Source: Laetmonice hystrix (taxonomy: Eukaryota). From it: a stretch of 64,000 nt of DNA. The notes below the pieces were generated by a model. It saw nothing but the letters and a program-made list of their open reading frames with translations. It made no database searches and had not been told where the DNA came from. The position numbers were made by a program, and so were the translations under genes. The stretch covers positions 15,190,001 through 15,254,000 of the forward strand of contig OZ249445.1 of assembly GCA_965235115.1 (NCBI GenBank), in the 5' to 3' direction. Of the stretch, positions 1 to 14,300 are shown piece after piece; position 1 is the first letter of the stretch, and every line of letters begins with the position of its first letter.

Positions 1-1216
1 GGTTGGATCATCATGGGCAGACTTGGGGTGATTGGTTGGATCGTCATGGGCAGACTCGGGGTGATTGCCTGGGTTGGGTTGGGCAGACTTGGAGTGATTG
101 GTTAGATCATCATGGGCAGACTTGGGGTGATTGGTTGGGTTGGATCATCATGGGCAGACTTAGGATGATTGGTTGGTCCAGATCATCATGGGCAGACTTG
201 GGGTGATTGGTTGGATCGTCATGGGCAGACTCGGGGTGATTGGTTGGGTTGGATCATCATGGGCAGACTTAGGATGATTGGTTGGTCCAGATCATCATGG
301 GCAGACTTGGGGTGATTGGTTGGATCGTCATGGGCAGACTCGGGGTGATTGGTTGGATCGTCATGGGCAGACTCGGGGTGATTGGTTAGATCATCATGGG
401 CAGACTTGGGGTGATTGGTTGGGTTGGATCATCATGGGCAGACTTGGGGTGATTGGTTAGATCATCATGGGCAGACTTGGGGTGATTGGTTGGATCGTCA
501 TGGGCAGACTCGGGGTGATTGGTTGGATCGTCATGGGCAGACTCGGGGTGATTGGTTGGATCGTCATGGGCAGACTCGGGGTGATTGGTTGGATCGTCAT
601 GGGCAGACTCGGGGTGATTGGTTGGATCATCATAGGCAGACTTGGGGTGATTGGTTATATCATCATGGGCAGACTCGGGAGTGATTGGTTAGATCATCAT
701 GGGCAGACTTGGGGTGATTGGTTAGATCATTATGGGCAGACTTGGGGTGATTGGTTGGGTTGGATCATCATGGGCAGACTCGGGGTGAAGGTTTGGTTGG
801 ATCATCATGGGCAGACTTGGGATGATTGGTTGGTCCAGATCATCATGGGCAGACTCGGGGTGATTGGTTAGATCATCATGGGCAGACTCGGGGTGATTGG
901 TTAGATCATCATGGGCAGACTTGGGGTGATTGGTTGGGTTGGGCAGACTCGGGGTGATTGGTTAGGTCATCATGGGCAGACTCGGGGTGATTGGTTAGAT
1001 CATCATGGGCAGACTCGGGAGTGATTGGTTATATCATCATGGGCAGACTCGGGAGTGATTGGTTATATCATCATGGGCAGACTCGGGAGTGATTGGTTAG
1101 ATCATCATGGGCAGACTCGGGAGTGATTGGTTATATCATCATGGGCAGACTTGGGGTGATTGGTTGGGTTGGATCATCATGGGCAGACTCGGGGGGATTG
1201 GTTAGATCATCATGGG
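1..1216. repeat. Intronic minisatellite, 33-bp unit (ggttggatcatcatgggcagacttggggtgatt), truncated by the window edge
   Basis: Directly visible tandem copies with small indel variants. Confidence 0.97.
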
Positions 1217-2256
1217 TAGCGTAATTTGACATTAAATTTGCACCCATGGCCACGAGCCACTAGGAAAAAAGTGTAACCAAATCGTCCTTGGTGGTAGATG
1301 AGTGGCGTTTGGATGGGAATCACAGGGATCTTAACTTAGGGTTAGAACCCTTATGAAACCATATACTTTGACCCTGATGATGGGATCCTGATAACAGCAA
1401 TGTGAACTCACTCGCAGTGATTGACTGTGACTACCGTTCTTGACAACTCAGTCCCGTGTGTCATTGTAATGTCACTCCTCCCATTCTGAATGTAGTTCCC
1501 CATTTCAGTCTGTATAGCAATATACATGTATGTAAATTTGGTTAAGATAGAAGCCCCCTGCCCCTTACTCTGTGCTCCCGAGATGTGCTGCAGCCGACTA
1601 CATTTACTTGCATGAATTCTCTCGTTGCTGGCAGGGATGATGTTTCGCATTCCATTCCTCTTAATTAAGGATTAGATCCAGCACGCTGAAGCTTTCAGCA
1701 ACTTAAGGTATTAGGCGAGAAATTAAGCTGATGTCTGCACAAATGGTCGTCGGCTGCAGGCGCAGCAGGCAGGATATCGGCCTTTTTTGTCAGCATTTTC
1801 AGGCTGCTATAATTAAGGTAAACTGGGCGGGGTCATTAAGTTCGTGCGATAAAGTGACAGTGCCTGAATAGAGTTTAATGTCAGGAATTTAAGTTTGAAT
1901 AACTTCGTAAAGTGCAATATTGCAGACGTGCTCTTTTTTGCTTTCTTTGCCTTTCTTTCACAATGACCTTTTTGTTGGCGTAATCCTGGCATGTTATAAC
2001 GGGATAAAGATAGCATCGGTGAAACGTCATTTTGTTATTGTCTCCTTGACTACCGTCGTGGTACCTTGGAGAAATAGGAATTATAATGAGCATATTCAAA
2101 CTAGCAGTTACAAGACGTTTCCATGGCAACAGGACTAATGACTGCGATGGACTGTTGATGTGATTGGGTTAAAGAAAAAGAAAATTGTGATGCTGATATG
2201 AAGCTAGATGTGAAGCTAGATGGCATGACGTGACGTAGTGTGTTTGGACGTTACAG

Positions 2257-2398
2257 AGACACGGTGTGGGGACTGCTAGCCGGACTGTCCATGGACAACA
2301 CGCCTAGTTTTGTCATGCATGAAGTACGCGAGATTGACACCTGGATCCTCCGCCTTCTCAGTGCACCTGTACCCGTACCGGGGAAAACACGCGTCGAG
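2257..2398 (+). CDS. MADD: MADD core exon w1 (uDENN/cDENN region)
   Basis: ttacag|A GAC...GTC GAG|gtgagg; DTVWGLLAG...[26 protein letters not shown]. Confidence 0.92.
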
Positions 2399-5300
2399 GT
2401 GAGGCCTGCTTGTTAAAGTGTAATTAGGGGCTCTGAGTGCTTCACACTCTGTCGTCTGATGTTGACTTTTACTTGGAGATGATTGAAAAAAGAGGGGCCC
2501 TGACTCCTGTACCGGCTTGCAGTTTCTAATGAAAATAATGCCCTTTACATTATGTTAAATTGGTTCTGACTTTTATGCAGAGTGACATAAAATAGGACCC
2601 AGCCAAATTAATCATCAATTGATAAGCTTCCCCTTATTGGTAGCATCTCCCCACTATTTTCTAAAACATTTGAGAGGCAGTTTTTTTTTAGATATAATCA
2701 TGGACCAAAATTTGATGAAACCAGAAGAAAGTTTTCCCAATGTTATAATGTTTGTATGTAACATTGTGTCCTCTTATTGTAGGTGATGGTGTTGCCGACA
2801 GACCTGCACCCTCCAATGGTGTTCGCACTGCCCGACCACACCCGATTCTCGCTCGTTGATTTCCCGTTACACCTGCCACTGGAACTGCTCGGGGTGGACA
2901 CCTGCCTCAAGGTCCTCACCTGTATCATCCTTGAACACAAGGTTAGTCTACTACAGTATAGGTAGTCCATATCGTATGGTGGTGGACATGAGGTATTAAT
3001 GCCGTCCTTAAACTTAACTTTAACTCCCAAGGCACAGTCACTTGGATTATGGTAATAGTGTTAACTATCGGCAAGCAGTGCCAGTTAACACCTTAATATT
3101 ATTGTGCCCTTAAGTCTTAATGAAATAAAAGCAAGAAATGAAAACAATTCCTTCAAAAAATGTTATTTTTACTCAACAACAAATAATATATCATATTATC
3201 GATCTTTTCCTTGATGGCAACATGTACTAATACTAAATATATGCTGTTGCTTGACACTACTTAATGCAAAGCCACCAAAACTAGCAACACTGCAGAAAAC
3301 GTTAAGTTTATAAAGTAAGCCCTTTAAGCTTCTTTAAGACTTTTTGAAATATAAAAAGTTCTTAAACGAGACTCAACCTGCCCCAATGTGAGCCCCTTGC
3401 CTGGTGATGTTCAGAAATATAATCTCATGAATGATTTGTACTACTATTGGTTTACATAGCGAATATTTCCGACTGAACATGTAGCTCACCAAAACATTTT
3501 TTATTATCTCAGTTTTCAGTTTAAGTACAAGTGTACTTGATCATGTATTATTGACATTGTGTAATTTGAATTTATATAGGGGCACGTATAGCTGGTGTTG
3601 TAAGTGGAGACAGCTGTTCTTGTGATTTGAATAACTTGTAAATTGATATGCACTGTATGAATGGGGGATGGAGACAGAGAGAGAGAATGTGTACATGTTG
3701 CTGGTAGAATGTATGCTGGCCCTGATGTTGTACAGTAAAACACCCCCACGGAACCATCGCAATGAGAGCACCGAGCTGGTGTACATTGTAATAAGACCGG
3801 AAAGAATGATGGAGGTTATTTAAAAAAAAATATTTTCAGGTTTTTAGTTGTAGATCCAGACGCTAAAGTCAAGTATAGAAGCCAGGGACTGAGGGTGGTA
3901 GGGGCATGGAGTGATGGAGGACGACAGTGTACTGTCATGGATGACAGGGTGTTTGATGGTGGTGTCCTGGGCTGAGCTGTTTATGATACTCAGGCCACTG
4001 CTGTCTCGGTGGTCAGTGACAGGCCGGTGTGGAAATCCCCTTAAATAATCCTTTAAATCCAGACCCAGCTTTGGACTGTTGAGATTAGCCGGACTGGCCA
4101 GCCTCTCGGCCTGAACATGATGAGCCATGAGTGCCGGCCATTGGTCGAACCATTCATGTGTTGTGACTTGGTGAAGACATTACCATGTGAACACTGACAC
4201 CCAATCGTACTAACGTCACCTTGAGCGTCCGGAAACCGGCCACGTGACACCGGCGCCCCCTGACGACGGAAATTGGATTCAGTCCGGAATCAGGGTCATT
4301 TGTATGCATCAATTACCAAGGTCTTGTGAAATCATCCAGTCGCCATGGCAACCAGTTTGTAGTCTAGGCCGCAGATCGATAAAATTCCAATTGGGATGTT
4401 TTCATTCACTCCGTTATAATATCGGAAAATTCGAGGCTTTGGGAGAAGGTTGGTTAGATTGTTCTGCTTAGGCAATTAGAAAATTGATTGAAACTAATTT
4501 GCAGAAATTAGAAACTGATGGCAGACGCTGGAAAAAGTGTACCATGTTCCACTCAATTTAGAGTGTTGCGAACATGACATGCTTGGCAGAGTTTGATAGC
4601 TTTCTAACAATTTCTTATTTATGCATTGTTAGAATTATGCAGGCCTTGGTTAGGTTGATGCCAACCTGCCTGGATGGTGTGCCATACCTGGTTCGATAGA
4701 GTGAGAGCAGGAATGACAGAGATCGACGTCTGGGTTTCTAAGTTACTGGCTCACGTCCTCTTACCGTGCTACTCCGTTGTCATAGTGAGAACGCCAGGTA
4801 AACAGCAGCCCTTCCGGGCCGTAAAGGGGCAGGACGTGGGTATTCAGGGTGACACGGTCAAATCGACATTCTCTGATGGGGCAGGCCACATCATATCAAA
4901 TATTACTGAAAGGTTAGCATTTAAATAGGCTGCACTTGGTGTATTTCAGGACAAATGTAAATTAAAATCGGCGTCGTCCGAAATACATCCAGTGGCAGCA
5001 GAGAGTAGTGAGAAAGATGTAGCTGTTTATATCTTCTTAACAAACAGATAGAGTTACGGTGCTGACGTATCGGCCTTTCAACATATGAATATTTGTTGGT
5101 CTAAGGCAGCTCTTTGATTCCATGGAAAAGTGTCAAACGTGCATTATGTCAGGATAATTGCAGAGTGACTTCCACATAGATGTTTTCATGAACTAGACAA
5201 TAGATCTAGGAGAGAAGCACGTCACATGAAAGACTGTGTGAACATAATGGATTCCAATGAAGTGTTCATTGTAGGTGGAGCGTGCGGGAATGAATGGTGA

Positions 5301-8300
5301 TGAATGATTTAGTAGGGTTTGTTCACAGAGAGCCATAATTCAGTCGAGATGAATGCCATGTGACACCGTCCTTTCACAACCTGCGATGCTATTCTTTACG
5401 GCAAAGTGCCTTCCTGTCATCCTTGCCACAGGATTTTGTTTCAATCTTTTTGTTTCTTACTTCCTTAATCCGAAAATATTCACTTAAGCCTGTGAATGTA
5501 CCTTTAGTTTACTAAAATAGTAAGTCAGTTTACAGTAAATGTTTATCAGTTTCTATAAACATTCCAGCTCATTTTTATAACTTCCAAGTCCCGTGGGTTG
5601 TGGGGCTGTAGGCAAGTGACTCGAGAATAGTGTGATTCGATCGGTTTGCAGATTCTATGATAATATGAAAAAAAAGAGTGCTCGTAACCATGATAAGGGG
5701 GCATTCGGCTGTTCATCTGTTTTATGGTTGCCTGTCGATCTAAATTTGCGGCATAAATAAGATAGGACACTCAACAGTAATTTGGTGAGTGATGAAGCCA
5801 CATAAAAATTGTAGTATTCGAGATGATTTAGCAAATTCCACATTACATGTTGGTCAGAATTTTATGACTTGCTTGCACGAGGATTGTATAAACATGTTGT
5901 TGCGTGTTATTTTGCTATTAATGTTGTACACAGTGACGGGGTACGTTTAACATTTCGTTTTTTTTTATATGACATCAAATTCCGAAACCTTTAGTGCCAA
6001 GATTGCTTGGTAAAGTACCCAACCCCAAGGCTTTGTAAGTTACTTTCTTGGATCTGCTAAAGTCCAAGTACAATGTAAAAAAATCCTTGTCTGGAGAGAG
6101 TGACTCGCTTCATGCAAGCAGCCGTGACGTAGAGTTGATCAACTTTACGGGCAGAGCGTTGCCGGGTGTAGACACAAGGAATCCCGTACAAGTAGTATAA
6201 CGAATTGACCGTTTGTATCAGGCTACTGCACCTCTTATACATTCCGGGACCGTCTTAGACATTTCAGGAGGTAACCGTGGGATTAACCTGAGACTGGTTC
6301 ACACAGTAGCAGCCTTATGCTTTGAAACCTATGCACCCTGTGGGTATATACGCAGTGTTCATTTTCCTTCTAAGTCTTCGTATTGATTTATGACGAAAGA
6401 AATGATTGATTTTATGATCTGTGAAGGCATCTAATGGCTGGAAATCGCTCGACAATTGCCAGATCGATGTAACCGTGGTTGCAATTGAATCATTTTGATA
6501 CGACTGATCTTAGTAATTGTCATCTCGGGGATTGAGAACAGCTCTGATGATTAACTTTATATGATTCTCACCACCGACGATTGACTTTTTTCATAGAATT
6601 ACCATTCTTGTCGTGAGGTTGGGTTTACAAGCATTGATTTTGACCTTGAAACGCGTCAACATCTGCTCGGTAGGCTTAAGGAATTATCTGCTAGTTATAC
6701 TACTGATAACTGCGATAATCAATGTTAGAATGATGAATTGACAGATCTGGGAGGTGGTGAAGGATGGCTAGTATGTGAGTGAGCCTCGCCTTGCGGTTTA
6801 CATCTGTTGGTTATTGGTGGTGTTGTGATGAGAGCTGGTGGTTGGAGGGTGATTAGTGAGGCCCCGACTGTCTCGTCTGTCACAGCCACCTGGTCCCACC
6901 ACTCCCCGCTCACATTGGGAGGAGGCAGTCTGTCACGGCTTTCTTCATGGTGTCACGCTTTTATTGTGGAAAGGTAGAAAAAAACACGTTACAATGCCAG
7001 TTACAATGACACACATGACAGACATGTTTGTGAATGTATAATGATTTAAACAGAGGTGTGATGTAGATCACCTGTAATCACAAGTCTTAGAGAGTTTGGC
7101 ACGATGCGGTTTGGAATGAGGCTGGGAAGAATAAAAGGGGAATATGTTGGTTACAATGGTGTTAAATACTTGCAAGTTGGATGTGGCACTAGGGATAGTA
7201 TATTGAGTATGCCTGGAGTGGCAGTCTTGGGGAGACCTGACCAGAGATAGTATATTGAGTATGCCTCGAGTGGCAGTCTTGGGGAGACCTGACCAGAGAT
7301 AGTATATTGAGTATGCCTCGAGTGGCAGTCTTGGGGAGACCTGACCAGAGATAGTATATTGAGTATGCCTCGAGTGGCAGTCGTGGGGAGACCTGACCAG
7401 AGAAAGTATATTGAGTATGCCTCGAGTGGCAGTCGTGGGGAGACCTGACCAGAGATAGTATATTGAGTATGCCTCGAGTGGCAGTCGTGGGGAGACCTGA
7501 CCAGAGATAGTATATTGAGTATGCCTCGAGTGGCAGTCGTGGGGAGACCTGACCAGAGATAGTGGCAGTCGTGGGGAGACCTGACCAGAGATAGTATATT
7601 GAGTATTCCTCGAGTGGCAGTCGTGGGGAGACCTGACCAGAGATAGTATATTGAGTATTCCTCGAGTGGCAGTCGTGGGCAGACCTGACCAGAAATAGTA
7701 TATTGAGTATTCCTCGAGTGGCAGTCGTGGGGAGACCTGACCAGAGATAGCAGATTGAGTATGCCTCGAGTATCAGTCGTGGGAAGACCTGTTGGATTCC
7801 AAGGAGTCCGTTTGGATACAGCAACCAATCATGTGCCTCCAAACATCCCATCCTTACAGTCTCCTGATTGGTGCGTCGACAGTGTGGCATTAGAGATAAT
7901 GTGTTTCCAGATTGATCATCTAGCTACATTAGATAATAAAATCTTGAATCAAATGTGAGAAACGTCAGATTTGCCAGATTTGATCCTATCGTGCAGTCAT
8001 TGCCACCATAGTGAGAGCATAGTGAGTACGCATGCATGAAAAATGTATGAACTCCTTGGTGAATAGAGACCACGTCCTGTTGTAGGCCTAAGTTCTTTGG
8101 GTAAATTGAGTTTGGGCTGCTGATTGTTGTGATTAATTGAAGTGGGAACGTCCGAAGTGACAAGTAAGAGAGAGTAGCAGGAAGAAGATGAGAGTGAGAG
8201 AGCTGAGTGAGAGGCTGGCGGCACGGACTGTGCACAGAGAGCGATGGCCGGTGAATATTTAAACAGTGTATTCAGAGCTGCTGCCGTCAGAGGGATCATC

Positions 8301-11300
8301 CCAAGACAGGCCGCCATTTTACCAGCCGGTCCCCGAACTAAGGCTGGCGGCTCCTGACGACATGACCACCCCGTGCTCCGCTTCACTAACACCGCTCCCG
8401 TATTGCTTACATACAACTGCCAGGGGAAATTGACCCGGGCTGGCTGCCGCCTTACCCGTGCCGCTCCGACTATAAAACCGGGCAGAATGGCGGCTGATCC
8501 AGCCATTTCCTGCCGAGTCGTCACTGTACAAATGTAGGCGACACGATGGTGGCACCACGAGTCTGAGGTCATGAGGCAAGGGTGGGGAGACACACACATG
8601 GGTCTTTACTCTAACAAAAAGTCTCTCATTGCGTTGCTGAGGGTAAAAAAAAAAACCTTTCTTGAAATCGTGACTGACAGAGTGCGATCAAAAAATGTCC
8701 GATTTCCTGTCAGATTCTGACTATAGCTTCGAGATTAGCTTTGAATTGATGGTGAAGAGACTGACTGAAAGTATTTAAACAGATCTGTTTTGTGATCTTT
8801 AAAATTGTTGATGGCAGAACATCTGGTATCATCTGCTGCAGGTCCGGTAATTAAAAATCATTCTACATGGCTCCTAGTAGACCTGCTATATACATACATA
8901 CCTACCGTTTGATTGCCACATCAATTGCTAAGATAAATCTGGACTTCTAGTTAAAATGGTGATTATCTATTTGGATAAATCACTTTTAAACGCCAGTGTT
9001 TTACAAGATTTGGATGGCAGAGGTTTGATGAATGATCACAGATACATAGAGCCACGACGTAAATACCCGACACTGTAATGATCTCCAATGTACCAGGTAA
9101 TTCGGCATCTCAAAGACAGCAGACTTTTGATGTGTGCCCTTGGAAGGTAACAGACGCCTTCATCTTGTTAATACTCTAATCTTAACAAGTTTCACACAAT
9201 CGATTCTTCAGTCGACAGGTGAGATGTCTGTGGCCAAAGGTATGGAGACATGTCCACAGTGGAAGACCTTTCATTAGCTGCTCGGATACGCCGAATCTAA
9301 TAGTGTGTTTGAAACAGTTGGGAATCGTTTTGTATTTTGGTGCAGGAAGTCAGGTAAAGGAAAGTGTGAAGTAGGAAATTAGAAATTGCAGGAAATGACA
9401 GGTGTGAAGTTAGATAATTGTAGCAGGTGGAGAGAGAGGTGAAGGTGTGGGATTAGAAGATCAAGGGTTAGTTTGTAACATGAGTTCCACAGATAATCCG
9501 TATCCCGGGTTTGATTCCGGTGTTGTGTGGATCAGGGGAAACCTTTCGTTCCCCACCATACTGTTTCTTGTAACTTCAGAACGTCATGGTAAGATTGGCT
9601 GGTAAATGTCAGATTGTACCTCCTTTGACAAATCATTTAGATGAAATTGAATGACAAGGTAAGGTACTTTTTTAAAACAATACCAGCCATGAATTTGATC
9701 ATCTTGAATAATAGAAACAGAACGCTGAGAAATAAAGTAGGCGAGCGTGATTAATGATGGCTTTTGTCTGAGACATCTTTTGTCTTTAAAACACAACAGA
9801 AAATGCTGTAACGTGTCGTTATCGAAAGAAAAGCAACGGAAAGGGCAAAAGATAATTTGAGATTAATTTCAACTGTATCTTAATCAAGGGCGTGACAAGG
9901 ATTTTTTTGAGGACCCTTTTTGTAAAAGAAAGTTTTGTTTACGAATTCCGACTCGGAACCGTAACTTACAAACGAGGATAGTACTCGCTGGTAGAAGGAC
10001 TAGACGGGGCAGGGAGTGAGAGAGGTGTTAAGAGAAGTGTTGAGAGAAGTGTTGAGAGAAGTGTTGAGAGAAGTGTTGCGAGAGGTAGTGAGGTAAGGGG
10101 CAGCACAGGCTCCAACCTGGATTAGCCCTGGGCGTTCCATCTGTCCCACAGAGACCAACCTCCGCCGTGCTACATCGGCGACATCTTGTGGAAAGTCAAA
10201 ATCTCTATGTCGTCTGTTATAACCGTGGCAGAATCGAGTAACTAGCAGAGGTAAGGCCGGTTCGGTGGACGGCCACCCAACATGATCAATGAATCTAATA
10301 TAAAATCTCTATGTCGTCTGTTATAACCGTGGCAGAATCGAGTAACTAGCAGAGGTGAGGCCGGTTTGGTGGACGGCCACCCAACATGATCAATGAATCT
10401 AATATAAAATCTCTATGTCGTCTGTTATAACCGTGGCAGAATCGAGTAACTAGCAGAGGTGAGGCCGGTTTGGTGGACGGCCACCCAACATGATCAATGA
10501 ATCTAATATAAAATCTCTATGTCGTCTGTTATAACCGTGGCAGAATCGAGTAACAAGCAGAGGTGAGGCCGGTTTGGTGGACGGCCACCCAACATGATCA
10601 ATGAATCTAATATAAAATCTCTATGTCGTCTGTTATAACCGTGACAGAATCGAGTAACTAGCAGAGGTGAGGCCGGTTTGGTGGACGGCCACCCAACATG
10701 ATCAATGAATCTAATATCCGAGGTCTGTCGTCGCGAATCCTGCTGATGTTTGAAATTAAAGCGAATTATTGATGTTGTAATCTGACGGAGAACTGACTGA
10801 CGTTTGGCGGCCATTGTGTGAGCCGGGGCGAGGGGGACTGCACGGGTCTGTATGTTATTGCCTCATGCTGAATAATAGAAGATGGAGAAGTATAGATGGG
10901 GATGAGGGCAGTAAGTCGGGGATTCGTTATACTGTATATATGACCCCGGCTCCGCCCTTCCTTGGTTCTGTAGATTCCCCGTGATCTGACGTGAAACATT
11001 AACGTACATATTATATAGAGCTTTGATCAGGATAGATGACGTGATCTGAGGCCCACCAGACGGCCTCATGTTCGTTCGTTGTTTCCTGTCGTACAGTTTT
11101 CATCTGGCTTGCCGTATGAGATAAATACTCGACTCAGCCGCTCAGCATGTTTCCCACACGTAGGTTGTTTTTGAGTTTGTATTTTTTTTTACTTGCTCGC
11201 CGTCATATGTTCATTCTATGGTTAAACGTTAATGTCATACAATGTTTTATCTCAGTCTTCAAAAGGAAGCGGGTTAACGTGAACAAAAATGTATAGTTCC

Positions 11301-14300
11301 TAGAAAGTACCTGAGGCTACAGATGACATTCACAATGTGCATGTTGGCTTTGATGAATTATTTTCGGCACCGCTAAAAGCATCCCGCACGGTCAAAGAAT
11401 GAAAAGCACGATGAAGGATGCAGACAAGTTACAAAATTGCGGGATGAATAATTAAAATTAGGCGGAGGGAGGTGATAGGAAATGGCTGCATGGTGGCGGA
11501 AGGCAGGTAGCAGGAGTCGGTAAGGGCAGGGAGCTACTGTTGACTTCTCGGACCGGTCGATATTATAGCCACAATGGTAATCCAAGCCTCAGGGCCTACC
11601 AAACCAACCTGAACCGGCCCCTACCACATCCTGAGCCGACAGCTAGAGTACTATATCAACCGGCGGTTGCTAGGGCTCACGTTTCATCGGGTGGCAGCCA
11701 TTGCTGTGGGCGAGCCGTGCGACATGGGATTATGCTAAGGTCCATGTAAACCACTCTAGTGTCGGATGTAGTGTATACAGAGACGAAGTGTATATTTACA
11801 CTGGATACTAGTAGACACGTGTAACAGGATAGAACATAATCTGATTGACAGCCAGCGCAAGTATTGCACTTTGTGGCAAGTTACTTTTACCCCCAAAGAT
11901 TATATACTTTCTGAAACTACAGATTAAGCAGAAAGTCATAGAGTCAGTGCTGGTCTCATTCATTTGAAATAGAGTTGTTTCATATTGGGCAACAATTGCA
12001 CAGAGCTTGGACGGCAATATGAGACCTTATTTTGGCATTCGAAATAAATATGGAATGTATAATGGTGTTAAGATTATGCTGTAGCTTCTGAAATAATAAA
12101 AAATAAAAGATAACACGTGTAGGCCTAAGTAACCATTTCGTGATCAATATTGCCTGAATAAAGAGAAGCCATTAATTTTGTCCGAAGTATTCAGTCGGTT
12201 GTAGACAGAGACGTATACTGTTTCAGTAACAGACGCTGAACAGCTGGAGAGATATTTGTGAAATGATGAATACGCTCGTGTACCACAGCTGACCTAGAAT
12301 TATTTAACCGTGAATGAATAGGTGACCACTGGCATCTGATACCAAGGCAGCCTTGAAAGACAGATGTTGGCCTCATGTGGCTCTAACAGAAGGATCCAGT
12401 ATTGTACAGTAGGGGACAATATGGTGGGATATAGTAGTTGATAATTACCGGAATGCGATACACATGGGAATGTCAGTATGAGTGGGGGGGGGGGGGGGGG
12501 GGGGGCTACAGGAAAGATGGCATTCACTGTGCGAATAACAAAATCTAGTGGGGAGCACGGAGGCCCCACCTCGCGCACCTGCTGATGGCGGGCGGGCGGG
12601 CAGGCCGGGGGAGTCGGCTGTGTGTGTGCCGTACATCAGCACACACCCACACCCACAAATACACTTATTGATCGGTGAGACAGAGTACCCGACCCGCATC
12701 CTCACGGCGGCGGCGGCGGCGGCGGCCGTGCCAGCACAGAGTGCCGACCATCGTTGTTGGTATTGATCTCCGGGTCCCGGTCTACAACTGCTCCGCGCAC
12801 AAATACTGGTGCACCTGGCGGCTGATAGAGGAAACGTTACCCGCAACCAGGGCTGATGACACAGCCGCCACCGACAGGCACCACCGGAATGCCCGCCTGT
12901 TTTTTAACGGTTTTGTTCGTGTTGTTTTTTCCTCCTGACAATCGGGAAAAAGTAATTCCCAATAAAAGAATGCCACTACAGGCAGGAGGGTTGTATTAGT
13001 ACCGACAACAGTTATCTTAAAGCTGTTGAAGGTTTATCTCGAGGTTATATACAAGGTATGTCTGCCCGCCAAGGCTTGTCTGCAATTATCAGATTGAGAC
13101 ACTAGATCTTATCGTGACGTTGACAGTACACGAGGCCCTCAGTACAGCCCAGTGATCGACAGCCATGTACTTGAGATGGAAATGAAGGACCTGGCAAGTG
13201 GGTTGAAGGTTACCGCAACTTTGAATTCGATAAACAAGTCGGGCAGCAGGGAGATGAGTTCTAACTGAGAAGATTACAATATACATAAGTATTGACATTC
13301 TGCATGGTATTTGTTACGTTGACTGTAGGCGGCAATGGCCGTGGCCCTTGATATAACCATCTATCACTTTAATGTAGTTATTGATCATTTATTTTAGTAC
13401 GAATTGAACAGAACCGTCACAAATTAGATTCAGACTTGGCTGGATACGTTATTAACACACAGAAATGTACTGTGAACTATCTAGAGCAAAGCGATCTAGT
13501 ATTGCAAGGCGTTGTGATGACATATGCAAGAGTGGAGGCTTCCCATGAACACTGGAAGTGGCAGAGAATGATGTTTGCGATGCCGTGTGCCACCCAAAAA
13601 CATTGTATATGAGTCACAAGGCTGGCAGTCGGGATGATCAGACGATGGAGAGATAGAGAGTGAGGATCTGTGACTGAAGAACGGCCAGTGCCGCTGGGAG
13701 ACCTGATGGTATGGCCGACACATGATAGCTGGTCTAAAGCTGCCAACATTGGCACCTGATCGCCGTCCGACCTGGCGGGCATAGGTGGTACGGCTGCCAA
13801 CATGAGGTTTTTATGATGATGCAATTCAGGAAGATTCCGAGCGTCTGCTGGAATTGATGCCTCTTTATCTGCAGATATATTGGTCAGCTCGACCGACCCC
13901 CCCCCCCCCCCCGACTGTTGGCCAGGCCGGGCGTCAGGCCCATTGATAACCTTCGCATCCCGCCCACCTCCGGTAGGTGGTCACGTGATCCGTCATGGCA
14001 CACGTCATGGCACACGTCATTCTATTCTATGACGCAGGAAGTATGTATATTTGGTGTCCAAGGGCGTTGTTATACTAGGGGAGAGGGGGGCTCCGGAAAA
14101 GCTGGCAGGTTCTCACATGTGTCGAGAGTGAAATACCCGCCATGATTATGGTCACAGAGTATCAAAAGTAAACAGTATTCATTTACCACCATCAGAGTAT
14201 GTTTTTTTTAAGTAAAGGACAAATTGTCGGCTGTTGAGCCAGTAGATAACCCCCGGCAAGTCTTGTTCAACAGCCAGTGCCCTTGTATCTATGACATGAT

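Noticed and set aside
1-1216. ORFs with repeated DHHGQTWGDWL / MGRLGVIGWI peptides
   Set aside because: Products of the 33-bp minisatellite. Indel variants shift frame, and there are no splice or start signals.
3844-4128. 94-aa minus-strand ORF inside the large intron (nested gene?)
   Set aside because: No recognisable family or supporting exon chain.
7151-7890. 225 and 233 aa minus-strand ORFs
   Set aside because: Translation of the 52-bp minisatellite; not coding.
9460-9520. tRNA-like B-box (cccgggtttgattccgg)
   Set aside because: No complete cloverleaf and a poor A-box. At most a tRNA-derived SINE relic.
10198-10717. CRISPR-like regular repeats (also 23040-23349 and 31198-31384)
   Set aside because: Head-to-tail identical units with no unique spacers, eukaryotic intron context, no cas genes.
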